DNA of 64,000 bases from an uncultured Chloroflexia bacterium (GCA_963751345.1 CAVVUS010000018.1:160001-224000); one strand, 5' to 3'. Shown: positions 1 through 9,737, numbered from the stretch's first letter. Numbers and translations are program-made. Notes: a model not told the origin generated them from the sequence alone.

Positions 1-2
1 AG

Positions 3-1355
3 CCGGAACAGCGGACCATCGCCTACGATCCGGGCCTGTCGGACCGTCTTCTCGGGATCGAGATTGCTCCTGCGGAGCAGGCTCGGATCCTGAGGGCGTT
101 GGAGTTCGAGGTGGATGAACCCGCTAACCTCGAGAAGGTTTCGCGAGCTTCGCTCGGGCCTGAACCTTCGCAAGATTCAGAGCCGACGACCTGGCAGGTC
201 ACGGTGCCCTCCTATCGGCTGGACGTGGGGCTACCTGTGGACCTTGTCGAGGAGGTCGCGCGACTGTGGGGATACGACAAGTTCCCCAGCACGCTCATCG
301 ACGAAGCGCTGCCGCCTCTGCGACGTAATACAGCACTGGAGGCCGAGGAGCATCTGCGCGACATCCTCGTTGGGCTCGGCCTCGATGAGGTGATCACCTA
401 TTCGCTCATCGACCCGGAGGATGAGGCGCGGCTGCATCCTGAGCCGGACAAGCTTCTGACGCTGCCGGGCGAGCTTGTGCTGCTGCAGAACTACCTTGCA
501 CCGGAGCGGTCGCAGATGCGGCGCACGTTGCTGCCTGGTGCTCTGCGGACGGCCTGGTCAAACTTGCGCTATCTGGCACGTATCGCCATCTTCGAGATCG
601 GTCGCATCCACTATAAGGCCGGCGAGCCGGATGCCTCTGTGGGCGAGACAGGCGTGGCAGAGCCGCGCCACCTAAGTATCCTGCTGACAGGCCCACGCGA
701 CCCGGCGTGGTGGCAGGAGGCAGGTTCTGCCCCCTCCGGTGCTGCGCCCGAGGGGGCGGTCGGGCAGAGTGGGGCGTTGCTGGATTACTTCGACCTCAAA
801 GGTATCGTCGACGCGCTTCTGAGGCGTCTAGACCTCGGTCTGAAGGTGAGCTGGGGCCGCGGTAACCACCCATCGTTTCATCCCGGCCGGTGTGCGGCCG
901 TGACGGTGGGCGAGCGTGAACTCGGCGTGCTGGGTGAGGTCCATCCCTTCGTTCGGGAGGCCTTCAATCTGCCGGATCAGCCGGTGGTGCTTTTGGAATG
1001 GGATCTGGAGGTCCTGCTCGGTGCGGCGGCGGAGGCAGAGGCGGAGAAGAAGATCGGGATGCTCTCACCTTTTGCCCCGGTCCACGAGGACTTGGCCCTG
1101 GTTGTCGACGAGGCGACCCCTGCTGTGGATGTCCAGCGCACGCTTGAGGATGCCGGTAGACCTCTGGTGACGGAGGTGACGCTGTTCGACGTCTACCGCG
1201 GGGAACAGGTGGGCGCCGGCAAGAAGAGCCTCGCTTTCGCGTTGAGCTATCAGGCGCCCGACCGATCGCTGTCGGAGCGTGACGTCACGAAGCTCCGCAC
1301 GCGCATTATTCGGGCGGTGGAGAAAGAACTGGGCGCGAAGCTGCGAGGCGGATAG
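3..1355 (+). CDS. pheT: Phenylalanyl-tRNA synthetase beta subunit, 5'-partial
   Basis: B5 motif PSYRLDV...DLVEEVARLWGYD, MRRTLLPG, FEIGR and C-terminal FDX-ACB domain (LFDVYRGEQVGAGKKSLAF). Frame is open to the window edge. Confidence 0.96.
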   Translation, partial: PEQRTIAYDPGLSDRLLGIEIAPAEQARILRALEFEVDEPANLEKVSRASLGPEPSQDSEPTTWQVTVPSYRLDVGLPVDLVEEVARLWGYDKFPSTLIDEALPPLRRNTALEAEEHLRDILVGLGLDEVITYSLIDPEDEARLHPEPDKLLTLPGELVLLQNYLAPERSQMRRTLLPGALRTAWSNLRYLARIAIFEIGRIHYKAGEPDASVGETGVAEPRHLSILLTGPRDPAWWQEAGSAPSGAAPEGAVGQSGALLDYFDLKGIVDALLRRLDLGLKVSWGRGNHPSFHPGRCAAVTVGERELGVLGEVHPFVREAFNLPDQPVVLLEWDLEVLLGAAAEAEAEKKIGMLSPFAPVHEDLALVVDEATPAVDVQRTLEDAGRPLVTEVTLFDVYRGEQVGAGKKSLAFALSYQAPDRSLSERDVTKLRTRIIRAVEKELGAKLRGG

Positions 1356-1369
1356 AACGTTAAGACGTG

Positions 1370-2374
1370 CTAACGTGGGAACGTCTTTTCCGTGCCGAAG
1401 ACGCTGCCCAGCCCCGGCAGCAGAGCCTCCGCTGCCGGGGCTGGCCTTCCGGTGTCGAAGAGCAGGTAGCGCGCGGTGCGGTAGGGGTGTGCGTGGCTGC
1501 CGCTCGCCACGCGCAGGTGCTGGCCGCGGGCCAGGATCCGGTAGCCGTTCCGGGCGCCGATATGGCCCGTGACCAGCACGCGCTGCACCGTACCGGCTTG
1601 AGATAGGCGGGCCAGCATGGCCTCAACCTGTTGGGTGTAGGCTTTCATGCCACCATCGTACTCGTTGCGACTGAAGAGAGCCGACCAGAGTAGCTTGAAC
1701 TCGTCCTGATAGCCTGCAAAGATTCCCAGCAGGTAATCGTCGTAGCGTGGGTCCGCGGGGCTGTCGACGCCCATATAGGTGCGCGCGAGGTCCGCATATG
1801 CGACGCCGGTCATCTCGCCCACGGCTCTGCGCAATGCCGGTCGCTGGCCCGGTGGTATCTGAGCCTCGACCCGGTTCAGCAGCCCCTCGTGGGAGAATCG
1901 CTCCAGATGGGCGATCGCGTGAGGGTCCGTCGCCTGCGGAAATGCCCCCGCGTGACAGATGGTGACGCCCGCAGCGGTGCGGACGACAAAGGGTCGTTGT
2001 CGGAAGAAGGTGAGCACACGCTCTCTATCAGGCCCCATGGCGCGCTCAAAGCGCGGGGTGTAGACCCGGTCTCCCTTGGACAGCGTCACGTGGTAGATAT
2101 GGGGCATCTCGTGGTTGCCCAGCAGGACGATCAAGGTCGGACCCAGCCTGGCCTTGAGTGTCATCAGGTCAAGGACGATCTCCAGCGAGCGATCCTCTGC
2201 GGGAGGTCCCTCACTGTGGATCAGGTCGCCTGTGAAGATCAGGAAGTGGGCAAGGTCACGGGCCTGTAGTTCAAGGAAGACATCGCGATAGCGCTCGTAG
2301 AGAGTCCAATCGCCATGGAGGTCGGTGACGACCATGGCGACGCCCTCAGTCAGGTCAACGATGCGGTCAGTCAA
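1370..2374 (-). CDS. Calcineurin-like metallophosphoesterase
   Basis: Motifs TDLHG, GDLIH, LGNHE, CHAG, TGH. Probable TTG start at 2374 overlaps the upstream HAD stop; ORF track gives 2473. Confidence 0.85.
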   Translation of the reverse strand: MTDRIVDLTEGVAMVVTDLHGDWTLYERYRDVFLELQARDLAHFLIFTGDLIHSEGPPAEDRSLEIVLDLMTLKARLGPTLIVLLGNHEMPHIYHVTLSKGDRVYTPRFERAMGPDRERVLTFFRQRPFVVRTAAGVTICHAGAFPQATDPHAIAHLERFSHEGLLNRVEAQIPPGQRPALRRAVGEMTGVAYADLARTYMGVDSPADPRYDDYLLGIFAGYQDEFKLLWSALFSRNEYDGGMKAYTQQVEAMLARLSQAGTVQRVLVTGHIGARNGYRILARGQHLRVASGSHAHPYRTARYLLFDTGRPAPAAEALLPGLGSVFGTEKTFPR

Positions 2375-3203
2375 GCGAGAATCCAAACCAGTCGGCGAGG
2401 AAACGGGCAACGCCGTCATCCTCACAGGCGCCCGCCGTCTTCCACGCCAGCGCCTTGACCTCGGGTCGTGCATCGTCCACCGCTACCGTGTAGGGAAACG
2501 TCTCGAAGACCGGGATGTCGTTGAGGCTGTCGCCGAAGTAGAGTACCTCGTCGGCCTCAACACCGAGGCTCCGCGCCAGGGCCACCAGGCTCAGATCCTT
2601 GCGTGCTTCAGGGTGGTTGACCTCCACCCAGGTGTGATGGCCAGGCTGGTAGACGACGTAGGCTCGATCCCCCACCGCGTCCCGGAGCGGCGGGAAAAGC
2701 GCTGCCCCTCGCTCGCGTTTCTCGCAGACCGAGATCTGTGCCGGTCGGACGGCGAAGAGCTCTGTGACCGTCTCTACGCTTATGTAGGGCTGGTAGGGAC
2801 GTTCGGCAATGAGGACCCTCACTTCCGCCATACTTTCCTCGTGCCCGGGCAGATAGCGTGTAATCTGATCCTCACCGTAGACGAGTGGTACGTAGCCGCG
2901 ATCGACAATCAGCTCCACGGCCTCTCGGGCCACGTGGGGATCGACGAAGCGCCCCGGGACCGGCTTCCCCTCCTTCAGGGTGAAGATGCCGTTCAGACAG
3001 ACTGCGTGTGCCCAGGGCCCAACCGCGTTGACGAGGCGCCGGGTCACCCAGGGGTTGAGGCCCGTGACAAAGGCAAACGCGACGTCGTACGATCGGAGGC
3101 GCCCCAGTGCACGCAGCGTTCGTGGCGTAAGCGCGCGTGCGGGCATGAGCAGCGTGCCGTCGATGTCACTGGCGACGAGTCGAATGGAAGGCTTGCCGTT
3201 CAT
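2367..3203 (-). CDS. Cof-type HAD-IIB hydrolase
   Basis: SDIDGTLL motif I, VTG, FGDSLND motif IV, EDDGVA. Confidence 0.9.
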   Translation of the reverse strand: MNGKPSIRLVASDIDGTLLMPARALTPRTLRALGRLRSYDVAFAFVTGLNPWVTRRLVNAVGPWAHAVCLNGIFTLKEGKPVPGRFVDPHVAREAVELIVDRGYVPLVYGEDQITRYLPGHEESMAEVRVLIAERPYQPYISVETVTELFAVRPAQISVCEKRERGAALFPPLRDAVGDRAYVVYQPGHHTWVEVNHPEARKDLSLVALARSLGVEADEVLYFGDSLNDIPVFETFPYTVAVDDARPEVKALAWKTAGACEDDGVARFLADWFGFSLD

Positions 3204-3208
3204 CGAGT

Positions 3209-4048
3209 CTATCGCTTGAGACGATCGAAAAGCGTGTCGAGGGTGAGCTTCGGAGCGGTGCTCTGTACCGCGGCGATGCGCTCGTTGTAGGCGGGACGAT
3301 CGGAGTCGCGATAGAAGATTCCGAGGTACTGGATGTCGGTGTCCAGCGCGAGCGCCATCGCGCCCAGGCGGTCGCTCTGGTCATGGTCCGCGGGGAGCGG
3401 CGCGGTGATCTCGCGGTAGTGCGCGTAGGTGTCATAGTAGGTGACGCACGGGCTCAACACCTGGATGAGGGAAAAGCCGGGATGCTGCAGGGCTTGCACC
3501 AGGACCTCGGTCATCTCCTTGACCTTGCCCGAGAAACATCGCGCGACAAAGGAGATGTTGTAGCTGAGGGACATCAGCAGCGGGTTGAGAGGCTGCTCCT
3601 GGGCGCCGTAAGGCGCGGCCTTGCTGATCATGCCCTGTGGGCTGGTGGGCGATGGCTGGCCCTTGGTCATGCCGTAGATACTGTTGTCCATCACGATATA
3701 GGTGATGTCGACGTTGCGCCGCGCGGCGTGGGGAATGTGGCCTCCGCCGATGCTGAAACCGTCACCATCGCCGCCCACGGCAATGACGGTCGTCTCGGGG
3801 CGGCCGAGTTTGATGCCGGTGGCGAGAGGAAGCACTCGACCGTGGATTCCGTGGATGCCATAGGTCTTGAGGAAAGCCGGGAAACGGCTGGAGCATCCGA
3901 TGCCGGAGGCAATGGTGATGTTCTCTCTAACCAGATCGAGCTGTGCGAAGGCCCGGGTGAGGGCGCTCAGGACGGCGTAATCCCCGCAGCCGGGACACCA
4001 GATGGGCTTGACGTCGCTGCGATAACCCGACGCATTGAGATTAGTCAT
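3209..4048 (-). CDS. korB: 2-oxoacid:ferredoxin oxidoreductase beta subunit (TPP-binding)
   Basis: WCPGCGD, SGIGCSSR, HGR, GGDGD...MDNSIYGMTKGQ, SPCVT. Confidence 0.93.
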   Translation of the reverse strand: MTNLNASGYRSDVKPIWCPGCGDYAVLSALTRAFAQLDLVRENITIASGIGCSSRFPAFLKTYGIHGIHGRVLPLATGIKLGRPETTVIAVGGDGDGFSIGGGHIPHAARRNVDITYIVMDNSIYGMTKGQPSPTSPQGMISKAAPYGAQEQPLNPLLMSLSYNISFVARCFSGKVKEMTEVLVQALQHPGFSLIQVLSPCVTYYDTYAHYREITAPLPADHDQSDRLGAMALALDTDIQYLGIFYRDSDRPAYNERIAAVQSTAPKLTLDTLFDRLKR

Positions 4049-5906
4049 GGCAACTTCCCCCGTCCCACCCGCTGGGATTGGCTTCCCTAAGTTTGCGGAC
4101 GGTGTTAAAGATGGTGGCCAGGTCTCCGTGAGCCTTGTCCCACAGAAGGCGCTCCTGGTCGATCATAAACATCGCTGAATCGAAGATCTCGCGGATCTTA
4201 AAGGGCACTCCCTGTTCTTTCGTACTCTGGTAGATGTGGACGTTGCGCTCGTCGAGATCTTTGTAGTAGCGGTGTTCAACCATGCGGCCGAATTGGCCGG
4301 AATAGTTGAGCTCGGGCACGAGGATCGCGCGCTTCGTAGCAATAAAGTCCTTGATGGCCTGATCGGGCATCGGCAGGAGCGTATGGGGATAGATCGCCTC
4401 AATCGGAATGCCCTGGGCCTGAATGTGATACATCGCCTCACGGACGGCGCCGCGGGTGCTCCCCCAGCCCATGATCCCAAACGGTGCACCGCGATCTCCC
4501 CAGCGACGCGAGGCCATACGCCAGTCGGCCAACATCCGGCGGGCTGTCTCAACCTTGTTCGCGCGCTTATGCATCATACGCTCGTGGTTCGCGGGGGTCT
4601 GGTCAGGATGGCCGTACGCGTTATGCTCGAGACTTTCGGCTAGGTACATCCCGCCTGGCATCCCCGGGTGGGCCATCGGCGAAATGCCGCTCTCCGTGTA
4701 GGCATAGCGCCGGTAGTCGCCTGTAAGGTCCTCGGGAGTTGGACTGAGGCGTTCGAGCGGGCCATTCCAGGGGAGTCCGGGAACCGGTGCGGTCTCCTGG
4801 CGTGAGGCCATCGATTGGTCCGAGAGCACGATGACGGGCATCTGGTAGCGCTCGGCAAGGCTGAAAGCATAGATCATCTGGAAGTAGGTGTCCTTGACCG
4901 AGTCAGGGGCGAGGACGAAGCGCGGGGCGTCACCGTGGCCGCCATAGAGAGCGAGAAAAAGGTCGCCCTGGGAGCTCTTGGTCGGCAGGCCGGTGGAGGG
5001 CCCGGCACGCTGGACGTTGATGATCACGAGGGGAATCTCGGCCATACTTGCCAGACCCAGGCCTTCGACCATGAGGGAGAGGCCGGGGCCGGAGGTGGCG
5101 GTCATCGCGAGGCTCCCGGCGAAGGATGCGCCGATGGCCATATTGATGGCTGCGATCTCGTCCTCCACCTGCACGAGGGTGCCGCCGAAGGGAGGCAGAT
5201 AGCGGGCCATCGATTCCATCACCGGCGTGGCCGGTGTGATGGGGTAGCCGGCGTAGAAGGTGCATCCGCCGACCAGCGAACCCAGGGCCATCGCATCGGC
5301 TCCGGTGAGCAAGACGCGTTCCTCGGTCCCGTCAGGGATGGGCAGCATGAAGGGAAAGGGTTCGGGGTAGGTCTCCCGGGCAAAGACGTAGCCGCGCCGG
5401 ACGGCTTCAAGGTTCTTTTCCAGGGATTCGGCGTGACGTTGCATGCGGCGGCGGACGGTCCGCTCGGCCACATCGAGGTCAAGTCGGAAGAACCAAATCA
5501 GCGCGCCGAGAAAGACGAAATTCTTACCCAGCGGCCAGTCCAGCTCCTGGGTAATGGCGTCGATGGCGATAGGGTAGTGGGGGTGCTGATCGGTCGGGAT
5601 AGTGATGCCCGCTCCATAGATCACGGCGGCGTGTGCGCAGAGGTCGTCGTGTTCATCGATCCAGGCTTGCTCATTCATCGCGACGAGGACATTGGCCTCG
5701 TCGCCCTCGGTCATCACGCGTCGAAGCCCGAGGCGAGTCTGGTACATGACCTGGCCGCCACGGATCTCGGCGGGATAGGTGCGAAAGCTGTAGATCTCCA
5801 GGCCGGAAGTGGCGGCGATGTCGGTGAACAGATCGCCCAGGGTGATCGTGCCCTCACCCCCCTCTCCGCCTACACGTACGACGACCGTCGGATCGACTGC
5901 TTGCAT
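4041..5906 (-). CDS. korA: 2-oxoacid:acceptor oxidoreductase alpha subunit (gamma-alpha fusion)
   Basis: GGEGGEG, YPAEIRGG, YAGYPITPAT, EDEIAA, TATSGPG, QRAGPSTGLPT. ATG 5906 follows an AAGGAG RBS. Confidence 0.93.
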   Translation of the reverse strand: MQAVDPTVVVRVGGEGGEGTITLGDLFTDIAATSGLEIYSFRTYPAEIRGGQVMYQTRLGLRRVMTEGDEANVLVAMNEQAWIDEHDDLCAHAAVIYGAGITIPTDQHPHYPIAIDAITQELDWPLGKNFVFLGALIWFFRLDLDVAERTVRRRMQRHAESLEKNLEAVRRGYVFARETYPEPFPFMLPIPDGTEERVLLTGADAMALGSLVGGCTFYAGYPITPATPVMESMARYLPPFGGTLVQVEDEIAAINMAIGASFAGSLAMTATSGPGLSLMVEGLGLASMAEIPLVIINVQRAGPSTGLPTKSSQGDLFLALYGGHGDAPRFVLAPDSVKDTYFQMIYAFSLAERYQMPVIVLSDQSMASRQETAPVPGLPWNGPLERLSPTPEDLTGDYRRYAYTESGISPMAHPGMPGGMYLAESLEHNAYGHPDQTPANHERMMHKRANKVETARRMLADWRMASRRWGDRGAPFGIMGWGSTRGAVREAMYHIQAQGIPIEAIYPHTLLPMPDQAIKDFIATKRAILVPELNYSGQFGRMVEHRYYKDLDERNVHIYQSTKEQGVPFKIREIFDSAMFMIDQERLLWDKAHGDLATIFNTVRKLREANPSGWDGGSCHD

Positions 5907-5938
5907 AGATGCACTCCTTATTCGACGTGCTCCACCGG

Positions 5939-6048
5939 AGAGACGGGGCACCGCCCCGTCTCTACACGATACCTCTCCGCGTAGAGACGCGCCGATGGGG
6001 CGTTTCTGCGCCTCGTAGGGCGGTAACGGGGCGCCGCCCCGTCTCTAC
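5939..6048. repeat. Cluster of three GTAG-type REP-like palindromes
   Basis: AGAGACGGGGCaccGCCCCGTCTCTAC (5939-5965), GTAGAGACGCgccgatggGGCGTTTCTGC (5981-6009), ACGGGGCgccGCCCCGTCTCTAC (6026-6048). Confidence 0.75.
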
Positions 6049-6067
6049 GAGATGAGTCGCGTCTCAG

Positions 6068-6829
6068 TTACTCCTCATCGTGGGCACTGACGACGGCGGT
6101 GACCTGACCGTCGCCCCACATTTCGACCTGGCCCTGTGGCCCGAGCGCCAGGGCGGTGGCATCGGGGATTCCCAGACCCAGGAGCGTGCGTAGCACGGGA
6201 GGTACGTTTGCTCCTTCTTGGGCTGTCCCGTCCGCGCCGCCGGCGCCCAGTCCGGAGTCGATGTGCGGAAGGGCCCGAAGGACCGGTGATTCCTCGGTAC
6301 CTCGAAAGTGAGGTGCTATGACGGCGTTCATCACGAAGCCCAGGCCCATGGCTTGTTGGTAGGGTGGGCGAGGGGTAAAGACCCAGCGACCCAGCGCTGC
6401 AGCACCCGCTCCGGACCCAATGAGGGTGAGTCCCTGCAGGGTACTGAACCCCTCAATGATCTTGGCCAGCGCGGCGGTATTGTGGAGATTATTGACCAGC
6501 GGAACGGGATTCTCGCCGCCGAGGTAGAGGATGCCCGCTTCTTCCAGCAGCGCAAGGAAGCTGGCTGCCTGAAGCTGGTCGCGGGTCACCATAGGCAGGG
6601 AGAGCGCCACGCCCCCCGGCCCTCCCAGGCTGGTGTAATGATCTATAAGATCGTCTGCGTCGGTGGTGCTGCCTTCGGCCAGCAGTGCAACCATCGGGCG
6701 GTCGAGGTTAGCCAAGCTGAGCAGTTGGGCATCTACGTGTTCGGTCTCCCCGCGGCGCCAGTCTCCGCCCCCGAGGAGCACGAGCCAACCTTCGCCGTCG
6801 AGCCAGAGCAGCGGACCCTGTTGCGGCAT
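6068..6829 (-). CDS. Peptidase S51/cyanophycinase-like class I glutamine amidotransferase-fold protein, possibly inactive
   Basis: LVLLGGG, ILYLGGEN, IGSGAGA (canonical GxSAGA), IAPHF, GLGIPDATAL. Confidence 0.7.
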   Translation of the reverse strand: MPQQGPLLWLDGEGWLVLLGGGDWRRGETEHVDAQLLSLANLDRPMVALLAEGSTTDADDLIDHYTSLGGPGGVALSLPMVTRDQLQAASFLALLEEAGILYLGGENPVPLVNNLHNTAALAKIIEGFSTLQGLTLIGSGAGAAALGRWVFTPRPPYQQAMGLGFVMNAVIAPHFRGTEESPVLRALPHIDSGLGAGGADGTAQEGANVPPVLRTLLGLGIPDATALALGPQGQVEMWGDGQVTAVVSAHDEE

Positions 6830-6836
6830 CGCAGGA

Positions 6837-8015
6837 TCAGGCCTCCCCCAAGGGCATCAGGCGTCTGAGTGACTCGACGATCGTGCCCACACCGTTGATC
6901 ATCGCGCGCTCGTCGATGGCGAAGCGCGGGCTGTGGTGCGGGCGGTCCTTGTAGTCCTCTGGACCCGATCCGACGAAGACATAGCAGCCCGGCACCTCCT
7001 GCAGGAAGAAGGAGGCGTCCTCGCTGCCCATCGTGCGATTCTCGACGTCCAGCGTCTCCTTCCCAAAGAGATCGACCACGACATCCTGGACGAGGGCGGT
7101 GACGGTTGGGTCGTTGACCAGGGCCGGTGTCAGTGGTTTGAGATCCATCTTTGCCTTCGCGCCCATAAGTTCAGCCGTCCCGTGGACCACAGCTTCGAGT
7201 CGCTGCAGGACGTGCTCGCGGACCTTGGCGTCGTAGGTGCGCACCGTGCCGCCCACCCTGGCCGTGTCCGGGATGACGTTGAAGGCCGCGCCGGCCTGGA
7301 TCGAGCAGACGCTGACGACGGCGGTATCAAGCGCTGCGACGTTACGGCTCACCACGGTCTGCAGGTTGGTGATCATCATAGCTGCGGTGATCACCGGGTC
7401 TATCGTCTCCTGGGGAAGCGCGCCGTGGCCGCCCTTGCCGGTGATGACGATCTCGAAAGCCTCGGCGGCTGCCATTACAGGCCCCGGCACGGCAGAGATT
7501 CTGCCAAAGGGGAAGTGGTTCCATACGTGGAGCGCGAGCGCGGCCTCTGGACGCGGGTCGTCCAGGGCGCCCTCGCGGATCATCACGTCGGCGCCGTTCT
7601 GCCCTTCCTCGCCCGGCTGGAAGATGAGTTTGAGAGTACCCTTCCAGGTATCTCGGTGCTCGGCCATCAACTTGGCGATGCCCAGGCCCATTGCGATGTG
7701 GGCGTCGTGGCCGCACGCGTGCATTCGCCCGGGGATCTCGGAGAGAAAGGCGATATCGTTTTCCTCCTGAACCGGCAGGGCGTCCATATCGACGCGGTTC
7801 ATTACGACCGGCCCCTTACCGTTCTCCAAGACGGCGACGATGCCGGCCTTGGCGATGCCTTCCTGCACGGTGTAGCCGAAATCGCGAAGGTTCGTGGCGA
7901 CGATCCCCGCGGTACGATACGTCTCGAGCCCCAGTTCGGGGTGCTTGTGGAAGTCGCGGCGCCACGCGACGAGTTGGTCGAAGATGCGGGTAGCTTGGTC
8001 GAGCGCGTTCATCAT
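6837..8015 (-). CDS. M20D family amidohydrolase
   Basis: RRDFHKHPELG, DMDALP, MHACGHDAH, FQPGEE, GKGGHGA, GSEDA, HHSPRF. Confidence 0.93.
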   Translation of the reverse strand: MMNALDQATRIFDQLVAWRRDFHKHPELGLETYRTAGIVATNLRDFGYTVQEGIAKAGIVAVLENGKGPVVMNRVDMDALPVQEENDIAFLSEIPGRMHACGHDAHIAMGLGIAKLMAEHRDTWKGTLKLIFQPGEEGQNGADVMIREGALDDPRPEAALALHVWNHFPFGRISAVPGPVMAAAEAFEIVITGKGGHGALPQETIDPVITAAMMITNLQTVVSRNVAALDTAVVSVCSIQAGAAFNVIPDTARVGGTVRTYDAKVREHVLQRLEAVVHGTAELMGAKAKMDLKPLTPALVNDPTVTALVQDVVVDLFGKETLDVENRTMGSEDASFFLQEVPGCYVFVGSGPEDYKDRPHHSPRFAIDERAMINGVGTIVESLRRLMPLGEA

Positions 8016-8098
8016 CTCTCCTTCAGACTGACACTTTCTTTAGTGTAACCACGCCGGATGACTCCAGCAAGTACGGATTGTACCTCAGAGATAAGAAA

Positions 8099-8130
8099 AT
8101 CCTCCCAAGACCTTGAAGTCCTGGGAGGAT
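8099..8130. terminator. Intergenic hairpin; probable terminator downstream of the M32 gene
   Basis: ATCCTCCCAAGAC-cttgaa-GTCCTGGGAGGAT, followed on the minus strand by TTTTCTT. Confidence 0.55.
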
Positions 8131-8149
8131 GATGGGTGTCGCGTGGAAT

Positions 8150-8197
8150 ACCTTTGGGGTCAAGCCCGAGTCTGCTCGGGCCGGAAACCCCAAGGGT
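8150..8197. repeat. REP-like palindrome, ACCTTTGGGGT family, copy 1
   Basis: ACCTTTGGGGT...GCCCGAG-tctg-CTCGGGC...ACCCCAAGGGT; same architecture as 58311-58372. Confidence 0.6.
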
Positions 8198-8206
8198 TTC
8201 GGTCGC

Positions 8207-9712
8207 CTACAGCTCGTACAGGGCCGTGTACTTCTCTCTGAGGTAGTTCAGCAACGGTTGCGCACTGATCTGGGTCTTGAACTCGCGTTCCATCAGCTCC
8301 GGTGCCGTGAACTTGCGCCCGTGCTTGTGGACGCGCTCGCGGAGCCACGCCAGTAGGGGCGCGAACGCGGCCTGTGCAAAGCCCTCCTCGAGACCGGGCA
8401 GATCCCTCTTGGCCTGATCGTAGATCTGGGCCGACATCAGGTTGCCCAGTGTGTAGGTGGGAAAGTAACCGAGGGTGCCGTGAGACCAATGGATATCCTG
8501 AAGACAGCCTTGGGCGTCGTTGGCCGGCGCAATACCCAAGTATTGCTCGTACCTGGCGTTCCAGGCCTCGGGTACGTCTGAGACCTTGAGGTCGCCCGTG
8601 AGCAGCGCTTTCTCGAGTTCGAAGCGGACGAAGATGTGCAGATTATAGGTGACTTCGTCGGCCTCCACGCGAATCAGGCTAGGTCGGACCTTGTTGACCG
8701 CACGGTGAAACCTTTCCATCGAGACATCGCCAAGCTGCTCGGGGAAGAAGGCCTGCAGGATAGGATAATAGTGGGACCAGAAAGGAACGCTCCGCGCAAC
8801 CTGATTCTCCCAGAGGCGGGACTGCGATTCGTGGAGGCCCAGGGTTGCCCCCCCGGCCAGCGGGCTGCGCTCGAACTTGTCGGGGCTGCCTAGTTCGTAG
8901 AGCGCATGGCCGCCCTCGTGAGCGCTGCTGAAGATGGCGGACTGGGGATTGTTGTCGTGGAGGCGTGTGGTCACCCGGACGTCGCGGTTGCCGAACTCAG
9001 TGGTGAAAGGATGCGGGGCCTTATCCTGGCGACCACGTTTGAAGTCGTAGCCGATCCCGCGCAGCAGCAACATGGTGAAGTCCCACTGTCGCTGCCGGTC
9101 GAACCGCTGATCGGTCAGGAAGCCGTCGTCAACCTCGGGCTTCGCAGCAATCTCGCGCACGAGCGGCACCAGGCCGGCCTTGAGGTCGCTGAAGAGAGAC
9201 TCGACTTGCGCTGTCGTCATCCCCGTCTCAAACTGGTCCAATAGTGCGTCGTAGGGGTGATCCTTATAGCCGAGATAGCCCGCTTTCTCGATCTGGATGT
9301 CGACCAGTTCCTGGAGATGTGGCTCAAACGTGGGGTAATCATCCGCCTCCCGCGCCTTGCGCCAGGCCACAAACCCTTGTGATGCGGCTTTGCTCTCCCG
9401 TATCACCAACGATGTCGGGATCTTTGTCTGCTCGTCGAAGATTCGCCGGCTTATGCGTACCAGGCTGGCCTCATCGCTGTCGTAATCCATCCCAGCCACA
9501 GCGTCCTCGGCGGTCCGCAGCAGCTCAGCGGTCTCATTCGACGTGAGCAGCTCGTGGGCCATGGAACTCAGGGTGGCTAGTTGGTTCGAGCGAGGGCCAA
9601 TGCCTTCCTCGGGCATATTGACCTCCTGGTCCCAACCAAGCACGCCGGCCGCGTGATTGAGATCCACGATCTTAGCCAGGTGCTGCTTGAGCGTTTCAAC
9701 TTGTTCTACCAT
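8207..9712 (-). CDS. Carboxypeptidase M32 (Taq family)
   Basis: HPF, DVRVTT, HEGGHALYE, HESQS, IRVEADE, GCLQDIHW, GYFPTYTLG. Confidence 0.96.
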   Translation of the reverse strand: MVEQVETLKQHLAKIVDLNHAAGVLGWDQEVNMPEEGIGPRSNQLATLSSMAHELLTSNETAELLRTAEDAVAGMDYDSDEASLVRISRRIFDEQTKIPTSLVIRESKAASQGFVAWRKAREADDYPTFEPHLQELVDIQIEKAGYLGYKDHPYDALLDQFETGMTTAQVESLFSDLKAGLVPLVREIAAKPEVDDGFLTDQRFDRQRQWDFTMLLLRGIGYDFKRGRQDKAPHPFTTEFGNRDVRVTTRLHDNNPQSAIFSSAHEGGHALYELGSPDKFERSPLAGGATLGLHESQSRLWENQVARSVPFWSHYYPILQAFFPEQLGDVSMERFHRAVNKVRPSLIRVEADEVTYNLHIFVRFELEKALLTGDLKVSDVPEAWNARYEQYLGIAPANDAQGCLQDIHWSHGTLGYFPTYTLGNLMSAQIYDQAKRDLPGLEEGFAQAAFAPLLAWLRERVHKHGRKFTAPELMEREFKTQISAQPLLNYLREKYTALYEL

Positions 9713-9737
9713 TTGGATTCCTTTCGCAATGGGTGTC

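Noticed and set aside
5939-6048. Mini-CRISPR array
   Set aside because: Units are degenerate palindromes with ~15-nt gaps, there are no constant-length spacers, and no cas genes
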